Shown here: positions 41,060-56,937 of the stretch, piece after piece
Layout: each line of letters starts with the position of its first letter
Position numbering within the stretch: the first letter of the stretch is position 1
From: the human T2T-CHM13v2.0 reference genome, Homo sapiens
DNA length: 64,000 nt
Assembly: GCF_009914755.1 (NCBI RefSeq)
Contig: NC_060942.1
Direction: 5' to 3' (one strand)
Notes under the pieces: generated by a model
Database searches by the model: none
Told to the model about the DNA's origin: nothing
The model's input: only the letters and a program-made list of their open reading frames with translations
Translations under genes and position numbers: made by a program

Positions 41060-41957
41060 TGTCAAGAATACAACTAAAAAATTCAATTTCAGGTCTCAAT
41101 CAATTTAGAAGTTTATTTTGCCAAGGTTAAGGATCGTGACCCATGACATAGCCTCAGGAGGTCCTGAGAACATGTGTGCAAGGTGGTTGAGTTACAGCTT
41201 GGTTTCATGTGTTTTAGGGAGACATAAGACATAAGTCAGTACATGGGAGGTATACTTTGGTTCAGTCTAGAAAGGTGTGACAGTGCGAAGTGGGGGGCTT
41301 TATAGGTCATAGGTGGATTCCAAGATTTTCTGATTGGCAGCTAGTTTAAAGAGTTAAGTTACTATCTAAAGACCTGGAATCAATAAAAAGGAGTGCCTGG
41401 GTTAAGACGGGGGTTGTGGAGACCAAAGTTCTTATTATGCAGACGAGGTCTCCTAGGTAAAGGTTGCCTTTAAAGGCAACATGGCTAATGTTTCCCATTC
41501 ATATCTTTGAAAAGTGTTAGACTCTCAACTAATCTCTTTAGGATCAGAAAAAGACCTGCAAATGGAAGGAGATTCTCTATAGAATGTAAGTTTCCCCATA
41601 AGGGACAGCTTTGCAGGGCCATTTCAAAATGTATCAAAAACATATTTTGGGGTAAAATACTTGTATTTCTTTCAGGGCCCTACTATATGTCATGTGATGG
41701 TATACTAGAGTCAGGTTGGAATTTGGTATCTTACTGCTTCGAAGAGTCAGTTCTGTCAGTCTGAGAATCTCTGTTTTAATGTTCATGCTGATCAGTTGTG
41801 GCAGAACTCCCAAGGGAGGAGAGTATAATGGGGCATATCTGAGCCCCCACTTTCTGTCATGACCTATACTAGGGTTTCAGTTTTTGCTGGGTTTCCTTGG
41901 CCAAGAAGAGGGGCTGTTTATTCAGTTGGGGACTTAGAATTTTATTTTTGGTTTATA
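41060..41957 (-). mobile_element. MER4-group (ERV1) solo LTR
   Basis: Reverse-complement homology to the MER4 LTR at 16950-18775 (GGTCCTGAGAACATGTG; GCAGGGCCATTTCAAAAT; CTTAGAATTTTATTTTTGGTTTATA). Confidence 0.85.
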
Positions 41958-43621
41958 GAAGCTACCATGCTGTGCCCAATATGACTTAGATAATAATGGT
42001 TTCGTAAGGCTGCTGTCACTTGTGATATGTATGGGTTTTGATTCCTAGTTATTAAAGAAGTATGCCTTTAAGAGTGATTGCAAATATAAATGCAAAATTT
42101 TGTTTTGCTTTGCCTTTGCTTTGTTGGGGAAAAAGGTAGGTGTTATTTTGCTTTAGGTTTATATTTCTTGTGCCACATAGTCACATTCGATTAAATAGCT
42201 CCTCCCTAAAATCTGTTCTAACCTTTGTACAGAGCTATTATCCTTCTGACAATTCTCAAAGGTTATAGCAATTAGAATATAATATGTCTTTGCAACTAAA
42301 ATTCAAAAGGTCTATTTTAATTATACTTTACCATAGATCAATAGCCCCCATTAAAATGATACTTTTTTTCTTTATACTGTCTCTGCTTTGACTACCCTTG
42401 TAGTGAGTTGCAAATCAGATTTAGCTAAAAACTTATCTAATTATTTTCTTCTACTGAAACATCTAATTTAGCTAGGGGAAAAATAAAGAAGCTCACACTT
42501 TTTTTTTTTTTTAAAGAGAAGAATATGGCCTCTGCCTGATAAAAGTAGATTAGTGATTTTAATGAAGCGGCATTCCCAGGATTGGTGCAAATAGAAGCAA
42601 TGGCCACTAAGGGCTTCCAGGATGTTACGACTACAACCATAGGTGCAGAGATGTGGTGACTTGTGCTTTTAAATGGCCAGAACAGGTTTTACCCTCTGCT
42701 ATGCTATTGCTATTTAGGCTTTTATTTTGTGTTCTTTCTCCACATAGAAATATATCTTTATAGCTGGATATTAAAAGGAGATAAAATCTGCTCATAAATT
42801 TGGAGAAGGAAGTCATTGATACGTTTGTGAGGACTTCTAAGGCTATAAAGTAACTATTGAGAGGTGGTTTCATCTGGCGTGGGTGGTCACTGGGTATTAA
42901 CTCTTAACTAGTTTCATTTTATAACCGTTAAATAACATATAACTCTTCTCATTGAAACTCTTTAAGATGAATCAGTTCTAGAAAAACTACAAGTAAAACA
43001 AGTAAAAAGTGGCAAGACATGGTGAATATAAAGAGATCCAGTGACACATATTTTGTAAAAAAAATTATCTGACACTCGTATTTCTATACACTATATGAAA
43101 TAATATTCCAAGATGATTCAGGCTTAAAATAAATCACTGATGCTATCAGACAATCTTGAGCTTATTCTGAAGCACCAAAATAATTAACCTAAGGCACAAA
43201 ATAATTATTATGTTGCTGATTTATATAACCTTTGGTAATTTAAGTCCTTCAATCATGAAAGCTTTTAATCGTGATATTGTGAGCAGCGGCAGCAACGATG
43301 CCATGTGTGTCTCTCTTCCACATTGTCCTCAGCATCTGGATGTGTCCCGCACATAGACTGTCCACAATAAATGTTCAGTGTATGAATGAATCAAGCAACC
43401 ATTCAAGGGGTTTTAATTGTTTTAATAAAAAGGAATTCTAATCCTCAGTAGATGAATGTATTCAAATAGATACATATGTTCCTGCATACATATGATACAA
43501 GCATACATAGTATGAAGTCTAGTAAAGCCATATTGCAACTGGTTGGTGTTTTTAAAGTAACTAAATTATCATTTATATAAAATATATTTTGTCATTTAAT
43601 GATAGTTTAGAACTAGCTTAA

Positions 43622-43980
43622 TGATGGGGTTTGGCTCTGTGTTTACACCCAAATCTCACCTTGAGTTGTAATAATCCCCATGTATCAAGGCTGGGGCCAG
43701 GTGGAGATAGTTGAATCACGTGGGCAGTTTCTCCCATACTCTTTGTGATGGTGAGTGAGTGAGTTCTCACGTGATCCAATGGTTTTATAAGGGGCTTCCC
43801 CATTTGTTCGGCACTCATTCTCTTTCCTGCCACCCTGTGAAAAGACACCTTCTGCCATGATTGTAAGTTTCCTGAGGCTTCCCCAGCCATGCAGAACTGT
43901 GAGTCAATTAAACCTCTTTTCTTTATAAATTACCAAATCTCGGGTATTTCTTTGTAGCGGTATGAGAACGGACTGATACA
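43622..43980 (+). mobile_element. THE1 (MaLR) solo LTR, THE1C-like
   Basis: TGATGGGGTTTGGCTCTGTG...GAACGGACTGATACA. Perfect TSD CTTAA (43617-43621 / 43981-43985). Confidence 0.93.
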
Positions 43981-44571
43981 CTTAAGTTTATAATACAAAA
44001 TATTTTGGAGTTTATATAACCTGAATTATTGTTCATATGTAATTTATTGCTCAATATTACTTTCTACCATTTTTATAATAAAAACCTAAGGAATACATAT
44101 AGTTTCTTCCTGTGTAGTTATAATAGACTTACAGTGTTGTGAAAGTAGCTATATTCAATAACTGAATGGGCCCTGTGATTCTTTTTCTCTTCTTACCCGT
44201 CAACTCATTACTAAACTACAGTAAATAAGACATTACAGTAAATTAGGGCATTTAGAAAGAGTAATATGAAGTTTCATTTTAATATTCCATACCTGTACAT
44301 TATTGTGATGGTCTAGGTTAAAACAACTATTGTGATGATATTAAAATGCAGTTCAATCAGATAAACTGCAATATATAAATAATATACATTTCTTGTGTGT
44401 GGTTAAAATATATAATTATTTTGAAGAGTAGTTGGTGATATTCATAAGTTTGGAAGACTAGTTAAGGATATTTTATTCAGTAAGTTTGCAGTAAATACAT
44501 AGCTTGAGCATGCAATTTTTTTAAATAAATAATTTTTGAACATATCATATTATCTCTAACCAAGATTAATT

Positions 44572-45139
44572 TGTTGGGGCTGAAACAGCAGTACCCCAAT
44601 ATGAAGCAGCCTCAGAAACAAAAGTTTCTCTTTGATCTCCTGAGGGGTCTCTTGTCTCTGGCCCCTCAGTCTTGCCTGAGTATAGCCTTAGAAATTAAAA
44701 TCCCTGTTCCCCAAGACAGGTCAAGACAGGGGAATATTCCTCTAACTTCCCCTACATTTCGGTCTAAAAACAGGCCATAAAGGAATTATCTGAGCTACTT
44801 TGTTTGAATGCATATCATAAGATCCTCACCGCAGAGAGAGTCCCACCCGATACCAGAAGAAAGAAACGCTGCACAGAGAGGCCAGGAAAATCCAAACAGT
44901 AAGGCCTTGCTGGGTTTTTCCATTCAGTCCATTAGCATTAGATCATACCATTTTGCCCAAGCATAATTCTACATAGCTGTCCATACTTCATTGAACCTGA
45001 ACATAAAAATGTATAGTTTTACCTGTATCTTTGGGTTTTCATTCTGAAGCCTCCAGTATCATATACAGATATGATTAAATAAATTTTTATGCTTTTTTTC
45101 TCCTATGAATCTGCCTTTTTTTTCAGTGAAACCTCTACA
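44572..45139 (+). mobile_element. MER39/MER34-like ERV1 solo LTR
   Basis: TGTTGGGGCTGAAACAGCAGTACCCCAA...GCACAGAGAGGCCAGGAAAATC...CCTTGCTGGGTTT...AAATAAATTT...CCTCTACA. Confidence 0.65.
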
Positions 45140-45284
45140 TAATATTACATTATATAAATGAAACATCCATTATAGTGAAAATCTTAGCTTTTGAAATCTG
45201 ACTGCATGGCTTTGGAATTCAGAATCGCTCTACTTCAGTATCCTATTTAATGTGTTCAAATTTTCGGTACTTTACTACATTCAA

Positions 45285-45468
45285 TGGTCTGTCAATCTGT
45301 CTATCACCTACCTTTCTATTCATATCTCCCTACCTTTCTATTCATATCTACCTATCAATCTCTTTATTATTTACCTCTCTATTGTCTATCTTCATTACCT
45401 ACTTATCTATCTACCTATTTACCTACCTATCTACCTACTTATCATCATCATCATTATCATGTATCTCT
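45285..45468. repeat. Degenerate (TCTA/CCTA)n and (ATC)n simple repeat
   Basis: Repeated CTATCT/CTACCT units. Confidence 0.85.
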
Positions 45469-47122
45469 AGCAGTGTAGTCTCTTGATTTATATCCTATTT
45501 GCATTGTAGTAGACATTGAGGATGAAAGAGCCCCATTTAGGAATACTAGAAAGTATATAAGCATTCTAAACTCTGTTTTCGCAGTAGAATTCCCTGGCAG
45601 GGTTTTATTTATTTAACTATTTTCAGTGTGGATGTCAGTTCTTATATTAGCACAGCTAAGAAAGATTATTTGAGAATGGGATTTGTAGAACTGATAAGTT
45701 AAAGATCTCCAGAGAGCCACTTTCAAGTAGGGTATAATAGCTTTTAAGAGGCTACTGATCTCCCTAAGCACCATTTAAAAATTGAGATATAATTAAAATT
45801 TTATCTATTTAAGGCACCAGAGAGTTGAAGGAGCAATAAGGAGTAGAATGGCTAAAATTCTGAAAAGAAGAGGACTTCAGAGAAGTTTGCTGACGATCTA
45901 TAGCTATTCTGATTTCTGGGAATAGTTACTGGTTCTGAATTCAGGCTGAGAATCCACAGTTGGGGAATGGGGAGATCAGAAGAAATCTGGGTGGTTTCCA
46001 AAGACTGTATAAAACACAAAACAAAATACAAAATGGATGGTGTAAGGGTACTAAAAACACAGACAGTATTTCCCTCAAGACATTGGTGGAGTTAGGAAGC
46101 TCTGCCTGGTAGGGGGCTAAAATCTTAAGCCAGAATTTTCTAAGAAGTAGTTTTCTGCTATCTTACAGTGCTGAGAAAGCAGAAATTAGAATTTGGGATT
46201 ATGGAAAAAGGCCATGTTGAATAAATCTGGCTATTTATAAAAGTCCAACAAATGCAGCCTGGGAATAGGAGGGTTTCAGCCTTCCCAAAAGTACGGCTCT
46301 GTCAAAGTCAGCTCAGTCCTTGTTTTGATAAAGATGTTCAATCCCATTCTGACTAGCAGAAGAATGGGTGATCCTTTAAAGATGGTTAATGTCATCTATA
46401 TTCTCTAAATTTTTATATACCATAGCTGACATTCAGTTGAAATTAAGAGAAATGCCAAGAAACAGGATTTTATGATAAAAAAAAAACAAGAAGAAAGAAA
46501 AACAGGCAAAAAATAGGAATTAGTACTCAGCTGTTTGAACTTACATTAATGGAATAAGTAGAAAATGACTTTAAAATATGTGTGATTTATTTGTTGTATG
46601 AAGGTGATTAAGAGGCTTTACAAATTCATGGGAAAACTGTACGCTATTTAAGAGGAAGATATATATCATTTAAGACTAAAAATGCAAGGCCTGAAGTGAG
46701 GTTTAACTACAGAATGAAATAGATTAGAAGTCAGGGTCATGAACTTAAAGACAAGGGAGTAGAAAAACATTCTAAGAGGCAAATGAGACAATGTGAAAAG
46801 ACTTAATATGTGTGGAGATAAAATGTAAGGATTAAAAAAAGCATCAATATTTGAAGAAAATAAAGGCCAAGAAGCTATAAAAACCAATGAAACAAATTGA
46901 AACCTGTATATCCAGTAACTACTTCAAACCTCAATAAATATAATGAGATAACTGCACCTAGAAACATCTTCTTAAAATTGCTAGAAACATAGGCAATAAC
47001 AAAATGTTTAGAGCAGCCAGGTAATATGATCTAATTTGGTCATTCGAAACATCAACAATAGGAGTAGGGGCTGAGTATGCAATAGAAATAATGGAAGTCA
47101 GAATACAATTGAATTATGTCTT

Positions 47123-49024
<1,902 letters not shown>

Positions 49025-51837
49025 AAAAGAAGCAACCTAGAATTCAACAACAATAAAAATATCATTTAAAACAAAGGCCTAATATAGATGCTTCATATTC
49101 AGCTCTAAACAAGATAGACATATTTTTCTTTATTCCTACTACTAATTACAGCTAAAAGTCCTCGATATTATGTGTCAAACAGACACGATAATATTCTGAA
49201 AAATAAAAATAAGGCTGGCTGAGGACAGTAAGTTCCTTCAGTTTTTTTGTTTTGTTTTGTTTTGTTTTTTGCTTTATATCACCTAGACTACATGCTGGAG
49301 GAGCTGGTAACCTGGACATGCCAACAGATACGGACAAAAAACACACCAAAGAAAGCCCACTCTCTCTAGCTAAAGTGCCAGTAAAGAATAGCCCAGAAAC
49401 ACAGAAAACATTTGGACAATAGCCTTACTACTTTACTCAAACACTTTGGGGGAAAAATGGCCTACTCCCACCCCATCAGCAAAGGCTAAGTGGGAGGTTA
49501 GACTTTTACTCTCTCAGACTTTAATGAAGTACCCCTACCTGTTACATTATGCTGTTGTCACAGAAGGCTGAGTGGAAGATGAAACTTGGAATTATTTGAT
49601 AAGAATTTTAAAGCAGCCATCATAAAAATAACTCAGTGAGCAAACTAAATAGAAAATTTAAAAATAGTCTCTGCAAAAACACAAGACAAAGAAACAAAGT
49701 GTAAAGAACCACTTTAAATGGAAATTTTAGAAATGAAAAGTAAAATAATCAAAATTTAAAAAGGAAATAATATAGGGGCCAAACATCAGAATGGAGACAC
49801 AGAAATGAATCAATAAACTTAAAAATTAAAACAACAAAACCCCCATCAGAATAACAAAGAGAAACAGACCAAAAAAACAAACTAAAACAAAACCAAAAAC
49901 AATAAACAAATAACAGAAGTCAGACCCTCAGCTCTATGGACCTATGGAGCTATGATAAAGATGTTTTAGATGTGCACAAAGTGAGAGAATTTTGAATTTT
50001 ACTCCAAAAAAGAACCAAATTAGAGGAAAAAAATTAAAAAGGAAGAAAGGCAAAATAAAAAAAGACAAATAGTGTGTTTAAACTTAGCAGTAGTAATTAA
50101 TACATTAAATAAAAATAGACTAAACACCCAGACTAAAATACAAAGACTTTCTCAGATTTCTTAGAAACCCAGTACTCAGTCATATGCAGTAGAAAGAAAG
50201 AAAAGTTAAAATATGTAAATACACAAATGGAAAGATATAAGGAGGAAAATAGCAGAAAATTATAAGCCATGCAAACACTAATTTAAGATGCTGACATTGA
50301 TATATTGTGAGAAAAGTAGACTTTAAAACAAAATGTTCTGTCAGGGATCAAGGGTCATTTTATGATGATACAGTAAACATTTTTGTTTCAGGAAGATACA
50401 ACAATCATAAACATATTTGTACATAATAACAAACCTATAAAATACAGTGTGTAGGGTGGGAGGAGGGGCAAAGGACTGACAGAACTAAAAGGCAAAAACA
50501 GAAAAATAATGATAGATTTTGGATATTTAAACATTCCTCTCTCATTGAGTGGTAGCTCACACACACACACAAAAAATCAATGAAGATACAGAAGAGTAGA
50601 TCAACTCTATGCACAAATTTAACTGACTTGATAGTCGTTGAGTATTGCACCCAACAAATACAGAGTAAACATTTTTTCCCCCAAAGTAGACACAGAAAAT
50701 TCATGGATAGGTCATATTATACAGCATGAAAAAGCAAGTCTCAATAAATGTCAAATCCTTAAAAGCATATAGAGTAAGACATCAAAAATCATCTGATATC
50801 TAGAAAAGCCTAATATATTTAGAAGTTAAGCAATACACTTCTAAACAGCCTTGGGGGAAAAAAAGAAATCATGAAAATATTTAAATATATATATTTGAAA
50901 ATATATTTGCTAATAAAAATATTGGGGGATGCAGCAAAAGTATTGTTAGGAGGAAAATTTATAGACTTAAATGCCAATATTAGAAAAATAAGTTATTTGA
51001 AAGTCAATCTTATGAATAGATAAAAAGCTGGTGAATTAAACCTCAAAAAGTGTAAGACAAGAAATAATGAATAATTTACAAAAAAGTTAATGGCATAAAA
51101 TACAAGCAAGCAATATAGAACATTTTCAAAGCCAAAATCTGGTTCTGTAAAGTAATAATAAAATTGGTAAACCTTGGCAAGATTGAATAAAAAAAAAAGT
51201 TCCAACATCAAGAATGTAAAAAGTTGTAGGCCATAGATCTTAGAATTGTAAAAATATACTATATATAATATACAATTACATATTATATTATTAGATAACA
51301 TTATATAATTATGTGTATGATGAAATGTATTGTGGACAACTTTGTGTTAAGTTCAGTAATAAATTGTTTCCTTATAAAATTCAATTCAGAAATTGTTCCA
51401 AGAATAAATAGAAAATCTAAATAGAACTATATTTATTACAGGAATTTAATAATAAAAGTTAGCCTAACATCTATTAAACAATTGAAATTCATAGTCAAAT
51501 ACATTCCAAACATAAAAGGCCAAGCCTGAATAGCTTCACATAAACATTTTGTCAAATTCTTAAAGAACAAATATTAGCAATTTTCCAGAAAACTTTTAAA
51601 AAATACAGAATGAATAAATGCTTACCAACTCGTTTTGTAAGTCTAGCAACATCTATATACCAAAAACTGAAAAGGTTATTACAGTTAAAAATTTCTAGAG
51701 TAATATCCCATTTTAATGTAATGTCAAAAATCTTTGGTGAAATGTTTGCAAATCTACTCCATTAATATATAAAAAGATAAAAATCATGACTGAGTAAAAA
51801 TTGTTGTGGATATGCACTTTTAAAAAATTAATATGAG

Positions 51838-52192
<355 letters not shown>

Positions 52193-53483
52193 TCATATGA
52201 TTAACTCAGTAGATACAGAATAAGCATATAACAAAATTCTATATCTGTTGGTGATATAATTTCATGTCTAAAAATTAGGAACAGAATAAAATATCCTCAC
52301 TCTTTTTAGGGTATTTAAAAACCCCTTTCATGATTATTATACTTTATAATAGAGTATTGAATGCTGTTCCCTATACATCCCCTAACATTAGGGGCTCTCA
52401 AACTTTTATTCTACATTGAACTGGAATTCTTAGACATTAACATTATGCACATTCAATAAAAAGCAGAAAGATTGTGAAGGATAAAGTAAAACTCTCCCAT
52501 TTGTAGATGACATTGTTGTATGTTGTTTTGTTTACAAATTTGGTAAATTATCAAAGTCAACAACATAAAAACAATTGGATTTATATATGGCATAAAACTT
52601 ATGAGTACCATTTACATAAATAATTAACTAGGAAAAACCTAAAAAATAATGCTAAACCTATAAACCACTATATGCAAAAGCCCTATTGAAAAAAATTTAC
52701 AAATACCTAAGTATATTTATTTCACAACATAACAAAAATTGGTAGAGCAATATATCACATTCATGGGCTAAAAGAATTAATATTGATATGAAGCCTTTCT
52801 CCCAAGATTATTCTACAGATGAAATGTTATTTTAACCTCAGTCACTGAAGACCTTTTGAACAAATTGCAATGGGATTCTATAATGTACATGTAAAAGCAA
52901 AGGCTCTGAAAAAACCAAAACATTCATGGGGGAGAACAGCAAAATTAAAGGACTCATATTACCTAATTAGAAGACCAAATCAAACTTTCTGTAATTAAGA
53001 CAATGTGTATTAGTAAATGGAGAGACAATGTAGATGTGGTTAAAGAATGGAGTCCTCCCCCAGAGCCACACTGATACCTGTTAGTCAGCTTTTCACCGTA
53101 TTATATAAACCCTGATCTGACCTCAATCGGAGGGTTACCTGGTATCAGGTGCACCTTGAGGTGCTCCAGCTGAATAAAGCTCTCAACAACCTCGGTTTGA
53201 GTAACTTAAACACTTTGACAAATGTACGCCAACTTCAACAGAAAGAGAACAAAATATACCTGCTCATCTTGATGTGAGCTGTATTTAGTAAAAGTCAACA
53301 CCTATTCTTGAGAAAAGCTTTTGGCAAAATAGAAACATAAATGAACTTCCTTAATTTGATAAAGCTTAACTACCAAAAACTTTGACAAATGTCATATTGG
53401 TGAATTACTGAAATCATTCACTGTCCCTCTCCACTATTTCAAGAATGAGATTTTTCAATATTATCAGGAATGTCCTAGCTAAT

Positions 53484-53737
53484 GAAGTTGGAGCTAAGTT
53501 ATGAGGATGCAAAGGCAGAAGAATGATATAACGGACTTTGGGGACTTGGGGGAAAAGGGTGGGAGGGCCTGAGGGATAAAAGACTACAAATTGTGTTCAG
53601 TGTGTACTATTCAGGAGATGACTGCACCAAAGTCTCACAGATCACCACTAAAGTACTCACTCATTTAACCAAATACCACCTGTTCCCCAAAAGCCTACAG
53701 AAATAAAATTTAAAAAGAAGAAATTTAAAAAAAAGAA
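53484..53737 (+). mobile_element. Short L1PB 3'-end insertion (L1PB1-like)
   Basis: GAGCTAAGTTATGAGGATGCAAAGGC...GGGATAAAAGACTACAAATT...ATCACCACTAAAG...CCACCTGTTCCCCAAAA plus an A-rich tail. Confidence 0.85.
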
Positions 53738-53834
53738 AAGGCATAAAAAGTATATTGAAAAAATAAAGCTTCCTCATTTACAATGATATTATTCTGTACA
53801 AAGAAGACATTTTTTCTTACATAAAAAAAAAAAA

Positions 53835-54097
53835 GGCTGGCATGGTTGCTCATGCCCGTAATCCTAACATTTTGGAAGGCAGGTGGATTGCTTGAGTTCA
53901 GGAGTTAGAGACCAACCTGGGCAACATGGCAAAAACCAGTCTCTACCAAAAATATAAAAAGTAGCCAGGCGTGGTGGTGTATGTCTGTGTTCCCAGCTAC
54001 TTGGGAGGCTGAGGTCGGAGAGGATCACTTGAGCCTGGGAGGTGGAGGTTGCACTGAGCCTCCGGGTGACAGAAACTATCAATGAAAAAAGAAAAAA
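53835..54097 (+). mobile_element. AluJ (Jb-like) with internal deletions
   Basis: GGATTGCTTGAGTTCAGGAG, CCTGGGCAACATGG and GAGGATCACTTGAGCCTGGGAGG. Confidence 0.9.
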
Positions 54098-56040
54098 CCC
54101 ACAGAAAAATTATTAAAATAAATAAGCACATTTAGCAATATATTAAATACATAAGAAATATTTAAAAATAAATTATACTTGTATAATATCATTTAGTATA
54201 CAAAACATCAAAAACTGGAATTAAATTTAGGAAATATGTACAGGAGATTAAGGCTTAAAATTACAAATATTGAGAAAATTGTAATAAAACCTAGAAACCC
54301 AGAGTTTGAGGAGATATGACTTGCTCTTAGGTTGGAAAAGTCAATATGTAAAAAGTATATATTCTTCAAAATAATTAAGATATTTAAATACAACCCAAGA
54401 AAAATTCTAGGAGGTACTTTTAGTGGAAATCTACAAGTTAATCTCAAAAATTAAAATAGCAATGCAAAGAACAAGATAATTTTAAAAAGAACAAAGAAAT
54501 AAGACTTTACTGTGTCCTATCATAACCTATTTGAAAGCTGTAGTGATTAAGAGAGTGTGGTATTGACTCAATGTAAAAATTTCAGAAGCAGGAACACATT
54601 TGCATGGTCACCTAATTTACAAATGCATCTGTATCACAATATAGAAACAGCTCTCATTTCAGTAAATGATTCTGGGCTTGTTGAATATCTATCTGAACAA
54701 CTATGTGCAAAGATAAATTCTGAATTGATTTTAGAAATAACTGGAAAAGTAAAACAAAGTTTTGGTAGAAAATATAAGAATATATATTTATGGGCTTGGC
54801 ATAGGTGATGATTTATTAAATAGGACACAAAATACTACAATGGTAGATGTGCTGTATTATGCCTTATTAAAAATGTACAAATTTCTGTTAATCAAAAGAT
54901 ACCATGAATAGAGTGTAAATGAAGCCACAGATTGGGAGAAAATAGTTGCAATACATCTTCTGGACTTGAATCTAGAATATATAAAGGATTCTTAAAAATT
55001 AAGTAAGAAAGCTAGAAATAACTTGTACAGGCACTACTATAAAAATGATAACTAAGCATTCGATTATAAAAATTGCTCAACATCTTTAATCATCAATGAT
55101 ATATGCAAATCCTTAAACTACCTATTATTTATTTAACATCCACGAGAAGTCTAAATGAAATAAAAACTACCAAGTGATGGTGAAGGTTTTGAATAATTGG
55201 ACGTCTAATCCGACACTGGTGGGCATGCATGCAGGTATAAGCACAGTGGAAACCCATCGGGGAGTGTCTATTATACTTGATAATGTGCAAGCTCTATTCA
55301 GCAATTTAGCTTCTGTGTCTGTGCCCAATGGAAAGGCACGGATATCTCATTAGTCACTGGAATAGGGCCTATGAGGAAGCATCTGCGTGCTGATGATACG
55401 TTGATTTTGGACCTGAGTGCTGGTCACATGGGCATGCTCCCTTTGTGACGAATGCATTGAGTCTACAAATTTGTGTTTTTTCCTGTACCTATGTGGACTT
55501 AAAATGCAAAATTGTGTTCTTATAAAAATCTGAAAAGAAAAATGCCAAATAAAATTCAAATGTAAACAATAAACCAGTCCTAGTGAGTAGAAAGAAAGCT
55601 TGACTGGCAGGTAAAACAAAACTCAGCATTTCACTGCTGTGGAACACATCAGCTAGGGTAAAAATCCATACTGATAAGTACAATTTCTTTCAAGATGGGA
55701 CATGGCAGCATCACTACCCACTTGGCAACAAAAATAAATAGGTTCCATAAGGGGTCGCAACTCCTGGAGAAATAACAGGGGACTGACGGGTTTAGTTAAT
55801 ACATCTGAATGGTGGAGAAAAGCTTGGAAAAATTCTAAAGAATTATGAATGAAATTATTTCATTCTTAGCTATAAAAGTCCTCCCAGTTCCATTTCCTTT
55901 TTATTTACCATCCATGGACTCAATTTCTCATGTTGTGATATGTGATACTGTTACATTACCTAATTGGTATGAAACAAATTTACGTAGACCTTCACATCCT
56001 TTTACCAGAATGATTTTAAAAGTACATGTAAATAAAATAT

Positions 56041-56140
56041 GCCAAGGCAAGAGGATTGCTTGAGACCGGGAGTTTGAGACCAGCCTGGGCACCATAGCAA
56101 GACCCTATCACTACAAAAATAAATTAGCTGCACATGGTGA
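56041..56140 (+). mobile_element. AluJ left-arm fragment followed by (CA)n at 56146-56174
   Basis: GCCAAGGCAAGAGGATTGCTTGAG...CAGCCTGGGCACCATAGCAAGACCC. Confidence 0.85.
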
Positions 56141-56145
56141 GTCAG

Positions 56146-56176
<31 letters not shown>

Positions 56177-56472
56177 TCATTCTTTTCTTTTTCTTGTACC
56201 TCATAATTCAAAATTTTATTCAGGATATTTTGTGTTAAAGAGGATTATAGATTAATGTAAATATTTTTCACCCCAGGGGTAAAGAAGAAAAAATTCCCCT
56301 TCCTCTTTGAAGACATTAGTGGGGTGTATGGACCAATCTAATATGTAGTTGAGTTAATTCTTGACTTTGTGGCAGATTCATCACCAGCTTCTAGTATATA
56401 TGGTTAGGACACTGTTTTCATCAGGGCTTAGAATCTAAGCACCAGTAAAATCCCAGATTTCACTCTGCCCAG

Positions 56473-56937
56473 TCTATTGTCAGAGTTCTCCATAGAAACA
56501 GAACCAAAAGGATGTATATGTAAAACCCTGGATTTATTATGAGAATTGGCTTACATGATTATGTATACAAAGAAGTCTCACGACATACCCTGTGCAAGCT
56601 GGAGACCCAAGAAGATCAGTGGTGTCATTCATTCCAAGTCCAAAGGCCTGAGAATCAGGAGCCTGGAGGTTAAGCACAGGAGAAGATGGAATGTCCCAGT
56701 TCAAGCAAAGAGAAAGAAAATACACCCTCCTCTCCCTTTTTGTTTTATTTAGTCCTTCAATAGATTGGATGCTGCCCACCCACGTTGATGAGGGTGAATC
56801 ATCTTTGCTCAGTTTAGTGATTCAAATGCCAATCTTCTTCAGGAAACAGCCTCACAAACACACCCAGAAATAATGTTTACCAGCTATCTGGGCACCCCTT
56901 ATCCCAGTCAAGTTGATGCATCAAATTGACCATCAAA
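56473..56937 (-). mobile_element. MLT2C/D-like (ERVL) solo LTR
   Basis: CAGAGTTCTCCATAGAAACAGAACC...TGCAAGCTGGAGACCCA...CACCCAGAAATAATG...CAAGTTGA...TTGACCATCA. Confidence 0.85.
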
